NCBI GenBank assembly: GCA_905612275.1
Contig: CAJQRM010000003.1
Location: forward strand, 9,305-41,304
From: an uncultured Candidatus Nitrosopumilus sp.
GTDB taxonomy: Archaea; Thermoproteota; Nitrososphaeria; Nitrososphaerales; Nitrosopumilaceae
Direction: 5' to 3'
DNA: 32,000 nucleotides
This document shows positions 10,655 to 19,049 of the stretch, in pieces (position 1 is the first letter of the stretch; each line of letters starts with the position of its first letter). The notes beneath the pieces are model-generated. The model saw only the letters and a list, made by a program, of their open reading frames with translations. It made no database searches and was not told the DNA's origin. A program made the translations under genes and the position numbers.

Positions 10655-11551
10655 ATGAATCAAGCTGAAAATTTAGTTAATTTATTAGAAAAAAAAGAAA
10701 TCGTGAAGGTTTGTGGAGCATATGATGCGATGTCAGCAAAACTAGTTGAATTGAATGGATTTGACGCTATTTGGGCTGGAAGTTTTGCAATTTCAGCAAT
10801 TCATAATGTTCCAGATGCAAGTATTTTAACAATGACAGAATTCTTTAACGCTGCATCAAATATGGCACAAACATGTCAGATTCCAGTTATTGCAGATTGT
10901 GATACAGGTTATGGTGATGCAAATAATGTAAGACATATGGTTAAAAAATATGAGAATGCAGGAATTGCAGGAATTTGTATGGAAGATAAAACATTTCCAA
11001 AATCAAACAGTTTACTTAAAGGTGGAGATAATCAATTATTGTCTGAAAAAGATTTTGTAGCAAAAATTTTAGCTGCAAATGAAGCAAAACAAAATAAATC
11101 ATTTACAATAATTGCTCGTATTGAGGCATTAATTTCAGGTATAGGAATGAAAGAAGCTCTCAAAAGAGCATATGCTTATGAAAAGGCAGGTGCTGATTTA
11201 ATTTTGATTCATTCAAAAAAAATTTCACCAGAGGAGATTTTTGAATTTTCAGAATCTTGGAATGGTAGTGTTCCTCTCGTAGTTATTCCAACAACATATT
11301 ATTCAGTAAAAATTGATGAATTAATAGATCATAAAATAAAAATGGTCATATATGCAAATCAAACATTAAGAGCAGTTCATTTATCACTTTCAAGATTACT
11401 TCAGAAAATGAGTGATGCTAACAGTATGGATGAGGTACAAGATCAAATGTCATCTATGGAAGATATTTTTCAATTACAAGAAACGTATGATTTAAAATCT
11501 CAAGAAAAAAGTATTGAAGAAAAATTACGCAAACTAGGTTATATCGCTTGA
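10655..11551 (+). CDS. ppm: Phosphoenolpyruvate mutase (PEP phosphomutase)
   Basis: 298-aa ICL/PEPM-fold protein carrying the Ppm-diagnostic EDKx5NS motif as GICMEDKTFPKSNSL, plus ADCDTGYGD. Confidence 0.9.
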   Translation: MNQAENLVNLLEKKEIVKVCGAYDAMSAKLVELNGFDAIWAGSFAISAIHNVPDASILTMTEFFNAASNMAQTCQIPVIADCDTGYGDANNVRHMVKKYENAGIAGICMEDKTFPKSNSLLKGGDNQLLSEKDFVAKILAANEAKQNKSFTIIARIEALISGIGMKEALKRAYAYEKAGADLILIHSKKISPEEIFEFSESWNGSVPLVVIPTTYYSVKIDELIDHKIKMVIYANQTLRAVHLSLSRLLQKMSDANSMDEVQDQMSSMEDIFQLQETYDLKSQEKSIEEKLRKLGYIA

Positions 11552-12036
11552 AAAAATTATTTCAGCATGAAATATTAGATTTTTTTGTGAAAAATGACAT
11601 AGAAAATTTTGTTGGTGTTCCTGATTCTACCTTAAAACAGTTTATTTCTTATGCACTTAAAAAAAAGAAAATCATTATTGCAGCCAGAGAAGAAGAAGCT
11701 ATAGGTATAGCTACTGGAATGGCATTATCTGGAAGTAATTCATTAGTTTTTATGCAAAATGCAGGATTTGCAAATTCGTTAAGTACAATTACTTCATTAG
11801 TTCAATTATACAAAATCCCGTTAATTTTTTTAATTGGTTGGAGGGGCTATCTAAAAGAAGATGCACCAGAACATCGTAAAATTGGGAAGATTCAACCGGA
11901 TTTATTAAAAATTATTCAATTACCAACAAAAATTATTTCAGATAAAAATTGGAAAAAGAGTTGTAAATGGGCCATTAACAAAATAGAGAGTAAAAAATCA
12001 TGTGCATTGGTAATAAGAAGGGAATTTTATGATTAG
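11548..12036 (+). CDS. ppd: Phosphonopyruvate decarboxylase, alpha (N-terminal TPP pyrimidine-binding) subunit
   Basis: 162 aa with a TTG start that overlaps the ppm stop by 4 nt. VGVPDSTLKQF...REEEAIGIATGMALSG...MQNAGFANS is typical of Ppd/ComD N-domains. Confidence 0.85.
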   Translation: MKKLFQHEILDFFVKNDIENFVGVPDSTLKQFISYALKKKKIIIAAREEEAIGIATGMALSGSNSLVFMQNAGFANSLSTITSLVQLYKIPLIFLIGWRGYLKEDAPEHRKIGKIQPDLLKIIQLPTKIISDKNWKKSCKWAINKIESKKSCALVIRREFYD

Positions 12037-12577
12037 AAAAGAAGCAATGAGAATAATTTTAGAAGAAATTGGGGATGATCCAATTATATCTGCAAATGGA
12101 TTTATCAGCAGAGATCTTTTTGAATTAAAAGAAAAAAATACAAATTTTTACATGATAGGTTCTATGGGACTTGCTTCATCAATTGGGTTAGGGGTAGCAA
12201 TAAAAAATCCAAAAAAAACAATTTATGTTTTTGATGGTGATGGCAATATTCTTATGAATTTAGGATCATTAACAACAATTGGAACAATTAAACCAAAAAA
12301 TTTTATTCATATTATATTTGATAATCATGCTCATGAATCTACTGGAGGTCAACCAACAAATACAAAAAATATTTCAATTTCAAACATTGGAAAAGTAACT
12401 AATTTCCATGTTTTTGAAATAAATGATATAAATAATCTGAGGAGACAAATTAAAAAAATTAAAAAAATTAATGGTACAATAATGATTGTTGTAAAAATTA
12501 ATAATAGTAAAATACGAAGTGGGCGCGTTACACTAGATCCAGTACTTATAAAAAACAGATTCATGGAATCATTATAG
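12029..12577 (+). CDS. ppd: Phosphonopyruvate decarboxylase, beta (C-terminal TPP diphosphate-binding) subunit
   Basis: 182 aa, overlapping the alpha subunit by 8 nt. The TPP motif is GSMGLASSIGLG...FDGDGNILMNLGSL...FDNHAHESTGGQPT. Confidence 0.85.
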   Translation: MIRKEAMRIILEEIGDDPIISANGFISRDLFELKEKNTNFYMIGSMGLASSIGLGVAIKNPKKTIYVFDGDGNILMNLGSLTTIGTIKPKNFIHIIFDNHAHESTGGQPTNTKNISISNIGKVTNFHVFEINDINNLRRQIKKIKKINGTIMIVVKINNSKIRSGRVTLDPVLIKNRFMESL

Positions 12578-12584
12578 AATAAAA

Positions 12585-13334
12585 TTGAAAGCGATAATTA
12601 TTGCAGCAGGTATAGGATCAAGGTTAGGTAATTTAACAAAGAATTTACCAAAACCTTTGATAGATGTGAATGGTAAATCAATTATTGAAAGACAGATTTC
12701 ATCATTTAGAAAGGTTGGAATTAATGAAATTACAATAGTTACAGGTTATAAAAAAAATAAATTCATTTTTAAAAATATTAATTATGTGTTTAATCCAAAA
12801 TATGAAGAGGTAGAACAAGCATTTAGTTTAATGGTTGCACGAAAACAAATTTTTGGTGATGTCATTATATCTTTTGGTGATATAATTTTTGAAGATAAAA
12901 TAATTGAACAAATTTTAGAAATAAAAAATGATGTTGTGATAGGTGTAGAACAGAATTGGATGAAATCATATGAAAAAAGAGAAGATAATCCACCCACAAT
13001 GTCAGATTTTATTGCAATTAAAAATGGAAAAATAATCAAACTTTTTAGAAATTTAAAAGAATTTGATGAAGATTGTGTGATTACGGAGTTTACTGGTTTA
13101 TTCAAATTATCTCCAAAAGGTTCAAAAATAATTACTGAAAAATATACATTTCTAGAACAAAATCATTCGGGTAAATTTCATGATGCTATTTCATTGAAAA
13201 AAGCAAAAATCATTGATCTGTTACAAGAATTATATGAAAATGGTATCAATATGGAAGCACATATCTTAAAAGGGAAATGGTGTGAAATTGATACTCAACA
13301 AGATTTAGAAATAGCTAAACAAATGTTCAAGTAG
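12585..13334 (+). CDS. LicC/PntC-type nucleotidyltransferase (candidate phosphonate cytidylyltransferase), copy 1
   Basis: 249 aa. The TTG start is confirmed by alignment with copy 2. The N-terminal NTP-binding loop is (M)KAIIIAAGIGSRLG..LPKPLIDVNGKSIIERQI, and the C-terminus is GKWCEIDTQQDL. It lies 7 nt downstream of ppd-beta. Confidence 0.8.
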   Translation: MKAIIIAAGIGSRLGNLTKNLPKPLIDVNGKSIIERQISSFRKVGINEITIVTGYKKNKFIFKNINYVFNPKYEEVEQAFSLMVARKQIFGDVIISFGDIIFEDKIIEQILEIKNDVVIGVEQNWMKSYEKREDNPPTMSDFIAIKNGKIIKLFRNLKEFDEDCVITEFTGLFKLSPKGSKIITEKYTFLEQNHSGKFHDAISLKKAKIIDLLQELYENGINMEAHILKGKWCEIDTQQDLEIAKQMFK

Positions 13335-13409
13335 GAAATTTTCCTTTTAAGTTATACAAATCAGATTTTAAAAAATAGTTTATATATCGATAAAAATAAT
13401 TAAGATTCT

Positions 13410-15485
13410 TTGAAAAGTAATAACCCATTAAAGATCTATTTAGGGGATTTAACATATGATACAGTTACTTTAGCCACAGAAGCTATGCCACTCAATGTTG
13501 GTTATGCAGCAAGTTACTGTATCAAAAAATTTGGATCAAATGTTGATATTACGATTTTCAAATATATTGATGAATTAGATACAGCCATACATAATTCACC
13601 GCCAGATATTTTGGGTTTAAGTAATTATTGTTGGTCACATAATGTAAGTCTTGAAATGTTCAAAATGTTAAGAAAAGTAAAACCGGATGCAATAACGGTT
13701 ATGGGTGGACCGAATTTTCCCATTGATTTTCCATCTCAAGGAAAATTTATGAAAAAAAATTCACAAATTGATTACTATGTTCCCATAGATGGAGAAGAAG
13801 GTTTTTCAAATATTGTTGAACATGCATTAAATTCAACTCGTGAAAAAATGAGAGACGAAGTATTAAAAAATGAGATCGATGGATGTGTTTCATTAGATCC
13901 AGATGGAAAATTAAAATATACAATTCCTGTACTTAGAATAAAACATCTGGATGAAATACCATCGCCATACACAACAGGATTAATGGATAAATTTTTTGAT
14001 GGAAAACTTACACCAATGTTACAAACAAACAGAGGATGTCCTTTCAAATGTACATTTTGCACTGATGGGAAAGATGAAGTTAACAAAGTGAATTCATTTA
14101 GTACAAAAAGGGTCAAGGAAGAACTTGATTATATGGTAAAAATGATTCCAGAGAATACACATAATTTGTTAATTAGTGATTTAAATTTTGGAATGTATCC
14201 ACGTGATCAAGAAACTTGTGATTATATTGCTGAACATCAAAAAAAACATGATTTTCCACATTTTATTCTAGTTTCAACGGGTAAAAATCAAAAAGAAAAA
14301 ATTATCAAAGCCATTAACAAATTAAGTAGTTCAATAAGATTAGTAATGTCAGTTCAATCTATGGATCAAGAAGTTCTAACAAATATCAAAAGAGATAACA
14401 TTAGTGTTGATCAAATGATGCAATTAGCACCTGCTATTAAAGATGCCAAATTACTTACAAGATCTGAAGTGATTTCTGGATTACCAGGAGATACCTATGA
14501 AATTGAAATTAATACTCTACGGGATTTGGTTCATGCAAAGATGGATGAAATACAAGTACATACTTGTATGTTACTTGATGGATCTGAAATGGCGACTCCT
14601 GCAGAAAGAAAGAAATGGAAGTTCATCACAAGGTTCAGAGTTCTTCAAAGAGATTTTGCAGAATTAAGTAATGGTAAAAAAGTTGTAGAAGTTGAAGAAG
14701 TAGTAGTTGGCAATGAGAAAATGACTATAGACGAGTATGTTCAAATTCGCATTTTGGCATTTATTATCTATGTAACAGGAAGAGGAATTGTATATGATCC
14801 AATTTTGAAGATTCTTAGAGAACATGAAATTGATATTTTTGATTTTTATTTAAGAATCAAAGATAGTTTAGATACAGCGCCAGAATTAATTCAAGATTTG
14901 TTTAATCGTTTTGAGCAATCTACACGAAATGAATTATGGGATTCCAAAGAAGAAATATTAGAATATTATCAAAATAGTAAAAATTACCAAAAACTATTGG
15001 ATGGAGAAGATGGGATTAATGTAATGTATCATTATCTAGCTGAAGTAACTGTAGAAAACATGGATTCATGGGGAGATTATATTTTAAGAATTGCTAAAAA
15101 TCTATTACAAGAATTAAAAGAAAATAGTATGGACATCGATGAAGAATTTTTGCAAATTTCAAATTATTGTCATGGTGTATCACATAATACTATGGGAGTA
15201 GATCGTATGTTAACAAACCCAGAATTTGAATTTAGTTATGATATTATTAATTGGTTAGAAGATTCTAATGAAGCACATCTATCAAACTTCAAACTTCAAC
15301 AATCGACGAAAATTTCATTTCAATTGACAGATGAACAATTTAAATCCATTCAAGATACCATTGAAATGTTTGGAAATACAAAAGTTGGAAGAAGTAAGGC
15401 AATGAGAATGATAGCAGTGGAAACTCTTTGGAGACGGCCTATCAAATTAGTTAAAAATAATTTAGAAAATCAAATAGTTCAGTAA
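13410..15485 (+). CDS. B12-binding-domain (class B-like) radical SAM protein, paralog 2 (691 aa)
   Basis: TTG start. The CX3CX2C motif occurs in TNRGCPFKCTFCTDG. The N-terminal region is ILGLSNYCW...VMGGPNFP. It lies on the same strand as ppm-ppd-NT1, 75 nt downstream of NT1. Confidence 0.85.
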   Translation: MKSNNPLKIYLGDLTYDTVTLATEAMPLNVGYAASYCIKKFGSNVDITIFKYIDELDTAIHNSPPDILGLSNYCWSHNVSLEMFKMLRKVKPDAITVMGGPNFPIDFPSQGKFMKKNSQIDYYVPIDGEEGFSNIVEHALNSTREKMRDEVLKNEIDGCVSLDPDGKLKYTIPVLRIKHLDEIPSPYTTGLMDKFFDGKLTPMLQTNRGCPFKCTFCTDGKDEVNKVNSFSTKRVKEELDYMVKMIPENTHNLLISDLNFGMYPRDQETCDYIAEHQKKHDFPHFILVSTGKNQKEKIIKAINKLSSSIRLVMSVQSMDQEVLTNIKRDNISVDQMMQLAPAIKDAKLLTRSEVISGLPGDTYEIEINTLRDLVHAKMDEIQVHTCMLLDGSEMATPAERKKWKFITRFRVLQRDFAELSNGKKVVEVEEVVVGNEKMTIDEYVQIRILAFIIYVTGRGIVYDPILKILREHEIDIFDFYLRIKDSLDTAPELIQDLFNRFEQSTRNELWDSKEEILEYYQNSKNYQKLLDGEDGINVMYHYLAEVTVENMDSWGDYILRIAKNLLQELKENSMDIDEEFLQISNYCHGVSHNTMGVDRMLTNPEFEFSYDIINWLEDSNEAHLSNFKLQQSTKISFQLTDEQFKSIQDTIEMFGNTKVGRSKAMRMIAVETLWRRPIKLVKNNLENQIVQ

Positions 15486-15493
15486 AACTTGTA

Positions 15494-16279
15494 TTAATTT
15501 TCTACCGGAGGATATTTTAATTCATCAAGGCGAATTATTTTTGATTTCCAGTTATCATTATCAAAAGAAAAAATTCTAAAACCAGGTGGAATTGGATCAC
15601 ATTTTAAAAAATCTGTTCCTTTTTGAAATTGAACACTAGTAGCAGGAGTGGTAAATATGGTAATGTTTTCTAAATGTCCCTGAAATTCTTGATGTACATG
15701 ACCACAACTAATCAACCGAATTTGTGGATTTTGTTTTAAAGTTTCTATAAAAGGATCAGGATTTTTTAGACCCAGTAAATCAGTCCATTTTGTTTTTACA
15801 GGTATTGGGGGGTGATGCTGAAATAGAATAGTGTTTTTATTTTTATATTTATTTAACATACTTTTTAACCAAAGTAACGTTTCATCAGAAATTGTACCAT
15901 AAAGCTTTCCAAATACATGAGTATCCAATCCTATCAACTGCCAAGAATTGGTAGAAATTGAAAAATTTATGGGTCCATTTTTATTTTCTACACATTCAGG
16001 AAAAACTTTACGAATTAATTTTCTATCATCATGATTTCCAGGAATGATCTTACATTTTGAAATCATATCACCTAAGAGTTCTTTCACTGTTTGATAGCTA
16101 ATTAATTCCTCATCAGAAGTAAGATCACCAGTAATAATGATATGATCAAAAGTAATGTTCAAATCTACAACTTTAACTAAAATATCTTTTAGGGTTTTGA
16201 TAGTTGGAACACCAAAAAATTTTGTTTTAGGATCAGAAAATATATGAAAATCAGTTAGTTGTAAAACATTTAGAACCAC
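15494..16279 (-). CDS. Calcineurin-like metallophosphoesterase (CpdA/GpdQ-type phosphodiesterase)
   Basis: 261 aa with a GTG start. All signature motifs are present in order: LTDFH (DxH), ITGDL (GD), PGNHDD (GNHD/E), FQHHPP and CGHVH (GHxH). Confidence 0.8.
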   Translation of the reverse strand: MVLNVLQLTDFHIFSDPKTKFFGVPTIKTLKDILVKVVDLNITFDHIIITGDLTSDEELISYQTVKELLGDMISKCKIIPGNHDDRKLIRKVFPECVENKNGPINFSISTNSWQLIGLDTHVFGKLYGTISDETLLWLKSMLNKYKNKNTILFQHHPPIPVKTKWTDLLGLKNPDPFIETLKQNPQIRLISCGHVHQEFQGHLENITIFTTPATSVQFQKGTDFLKCDPIPPGFRIFSFDNDNWKSKIIRLDELKYPPVEN

Positions 16280-16402
16280 AATTTATCTAATTCATAATAC
16301 TTTATAATTAATTGTAAATCAAAATTGAAGTTATGATTTTTGAAATTATTCAACAGTGTTATATATTGAATTCAAGAACGTAATATTCTGACTAAAAAGA
16401 AA

Positions 16403-16903
16403 GTGTATAATGGTAAAGCCTTCAATGTAAATATTCATAATTTAAAAATTAAAGGAAAAAAAGTCAAACGGGAAATTATCGATCAAGTTGATGCTGCAGT
16501 TGTTTTAGCATTTGATGGAAATGATGTGATTTTAATAAAACAGAATCATTTTCCACAAGGTAACCTACTTGAAATTCCTGGAGGCAAAATAGAAAAAGGG
16601 GAAAATCCAAAAACTGCAGCATCAAGAGAATTTTCGGAAGAGACTGGATATCAAGCAAAAAAAATTAAACATTTATTGACATTTTATCCAAATGTAGGGT
16701 ACAGTACTTTAACAATTCATTGTTTTGTTGCGTCTGAAGTAAAAAAAATCAAAAAACCAAAGCCAAATGATGAAGATGAATTCATAGAAGTAAAAAGAAT
16801 GAATTTCAAAAGACTTTTGGGATTAATTAAAAGTGGAAAAATTACTGATCTAAAAACTATTTGTGCTGCATTAATATATGAATCAAAATTTTTTGGTAAA
16901 TAA
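16403..16903 (+). CDS. Nudix hydrolase (nucleoside-diphosphate-X pyrophosphatase type)
   Basis: 166 aa with a GTG start. The Nudix box GX5EX7REUXEEXGU is present as GGKIEKGENPKTAASREFSEETGY. Confidence 0.85.
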   Translation: MYNGKAFNVNIHNLKIKGKKVKREIIDQVDAAVVLAFDGNDVILIKQNHFPQGNLLEIPGGKIEKGENPKTAASREFSEETGYQAKKIKHLLTFYPNVGYSTLTIHCFVASEVKKIKKPKPNDEDEFIEVKRMNFKRLLGLIKSGKITDLKTICAALIYESKFFGK

Positions 16904-16940
16904 TAGACTAAATTATATTTCTTTAAAATTTTATAAATTT

Positions 16941-17693
16941 ATGAAAGCCATAATTCTTGCAGCTGGAATTGGTTCTAGATTAGGTGAACTAACAAAAATA
17001 TTACCGAAATCGTTGATAGATGTGAATGGCAAATCAATTATTGAAAGACAAATTGAAGTATTTAGGAAAGCTGGTATTAATGATATAATTCTTGTAATTG
17101 GTCCATTTGCTGAAAAGTTTTTGTTTAACAATGTCAAATACATTAATGGAAAAAAAACATTTTCACATAACATTCTTTATTCTTTAATTGAAGCTAAATC
17201 TGAAATGACAGATGATGTTATTATTTCATACGGCGATATAATTTTTGAAGATAGTATAATTCAAGCAATTTTAAATTCTAAAAATGAAATTGGTTTAGCA
17301 GTAGATCTTAAATGGAAAGAAATGTACCAAAATAAACCTAAAAATCTTGTAGATAAAGTATGTAATGTATTTATTGAAAATAACAAAATTATAAAAATTG
17401 GATATAAAGAAAATTTAGGAGAATCAGAGGGTAAAATTATTGGAGAATTTATCGGGTTAGCTAAATTTAGTAAAAAAGCTATAGATAATTTTCTAGAAAT
17501 TTATTTAGAATTAGAAAAATCTCATAATGGAAAATTTCATGAATCACCATCAATAAAAGAAGGCATCATCACTGATATGTGTCAAGAACTTATAGATAGA
17601 AACTATATCATAAATCCAATTTTTACAGATGGAAAATGGTGTGAAATTGATACTATAGATGATTTGAAAAATGCAAAAATATTATTTCAATAA
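16941..17693 (+). CDS. LicC/PntC-type nucleotidyltransferase, copy 2
   Basis: The track ORF starts at 16878, but alignment with copy 1 places the start at ATG 16941 (MKAIILAAGIGSRLGELTKILPKSLIDVNGKSIIERQI). Shared blocks are DVIISYGDIIFED, HNGKFH and GKWCEIDTIDDL. Confidence 0.8.
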   Translation: MKAIILAAGIGSRLGELTKILPKSLIDVNGKSIIERQIEVFRKAGINDIILVIGPFAEKFLFNNVKYINGKKTFSHNILYSLIEAKSEMTDDVIISYGDIIFEDSIIQAILNSKNEIGLAVDLKWKEMYQNKPKNLVDKVCNVFIENNKIIKIGYKENLGESEGKIIGEFIGLAKFSKKAIDNFLEIYLELEKSHNGKFHESPSIKEGIITDMCQELIDRNYIINPIFTDGKWCEIDTIDDLKNAKILFQ

Positions 17694-17696
17694 AAT

Positions 17697-18830
17697 TTAA
17701 TTAATTATTGATCTTTCTTGAATTTTTAAGAATTCTTTCCACAAAATATTTTCAATTTCTAATCCAGTGTTAATGAGGTTATTTTCTTCAAGAGAATCAT
17801 GTTTCAAATCATACAATTCTTTAGTATTATTATGCTCATTTACAATTAATTTCCATTCAGAGGTACGGATTGATTTTGTATTAGGTTTTTTTGGTGGCAT
17901 TTTACTATTAAGAGGATTTCCAGTCTCAGTGTAGGCAAAATTCTCTTTAGGATTTTGATTATTAATCAAAGGTAATAATGAAACTCCATCTAATGGTTCA
18001 AAATTGGTATCTAATTTAATTTCCAAGTGTTCAAGAATTGTAGGCATGAAATCTACACTTCTTACTTGGGAAGTTATCTCATTGTGTTTTAAATCTGAAG
18101 AGAAATAAGAATAAAATGTATTAATTGTGGATTCATAACAAAGTGCCCCATATGCACGTTCACCAAATTTTTCTCCTAAACTCATTCCATGATCTGAAAA
18201 AATTATTATTATAGAATTTTCCCATAAGTTTAACTCATCTAATTTTTGTTGAATATATTCAAGATATTTTTCAGCATCTGTAAACAATCTATCATATCTT
18301 TCTTCATTTTGTTTCCTATTTTTAAAATATTCATCACTAAAATTAGTAAATGATTTTAAAACAGAATCTCGTATGCCTTCATGAATTCCACTATAATGTA
18401 AATGTAGGAAAAAATTTTGTTTTGAATCTACCAATTTTTTCATTTTACATAATAATTTGTAATGATGAGTTTTAAGATTAATGTTACTTTCATCAGATAC
18501 ATAATATTCATCAAAATTTCTTCGTGGCATGATTAAATCAGAAGGAACATCTGCACAGGTATAGAAATTATTTTCATGTAAATAATCAATAATTGTTTTA
18601 AATTTAACATGATTAAATTTATGTGAATGCCAATAGCTGTAACACCCAGTTCTATTTCCATATGATCCACTAATTAAAGCATATAATGCTGAATTAGTGT
18701 ATGGTGCATAAGGTATTGATTGTGAAAAGAAAACAGAATGTTCTTTTCCAAAATTTTGTATTATAGATGAATTTTTTGCTCTATCTACTCTACCACCATC
18801 AATACAAATTAAAATTAAATTTTTTTTCAA
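17697..18830 (-). CDS. Alkaline-phosphatase-superfamily enzyme (sulfatase-fold) lacking the sulfatase CxPxR motif; probable phospho/phosphono-ester transferase or hydrolase
   Basis: 377 aa and apparently soluble. It has an N-terminal metal-binding ICIDGGR and the IIFSDHGMSLGE motif of the sulfatase/AP fold. The nucleophile position reads YAPYTNSALYALISG instead of C/S-x-P-x-R. Confidence 0.7.
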   Translation of the reverse strand: MKKNLILICIDGGRVDRAKNSSIIQNFGKEHSVFFSQSIPYAPYTNSALYALISGSYGNRTGCYSYWHSHKFNHVKFKTIIDYLHENNFYTCADVPSDLIMPRRNFDEYYVSDESNINLKTHHYKLLCKMKKLVDSKQNFFLHLHYSGIHEGIRDSVLKSFTNFSDEYFKNRKQNEERYDRLFTDAEKYLEYIQQKLDELNLWENSIIIIFSDHGMSLGEKFGERAYGALCYESTINTFYSYFSSDLKHNEITSQVRSVDFMPTILEHLEIKLDTNFEPLDGVSLLPLINNQNPKENFAYTETGNPLNSKMPPKKPNTKSIRTSEWKLIVNEHNNTKELYDLKHDSLEENNLINTGLEIENILWKEFLKIQERSIIN

Positions 18831-19049
18831 TTATATTTTCTAAATTTTCTAGTTTACTTATATCACTTTTGCGAATCAATATATTAATTAAAATATACAG
18901 AATTCTACATCTAAATCCTGAATGCAGGATTAAATAAAATAATAATTGATGAAAATTTAGTTTGGGATGAAATATTAGGCTCTAAAAAAGAGAAATTTCT
19001 TGTCACAATTAATGCATCAATAATTAACCTGCTAATAGAAAATAGGGAA

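Noticed and set aside
16280-16402. Possible second C/D-box sRNA in the phosphoesterase-Nudix intergenic region (UAUGAUU ... CUGA)
   Set aside because: It has only a degenerate C-like box and a single CUGA. There are no C'/D' boxes and no terminal stem. The region is more simply a divergent promoter.
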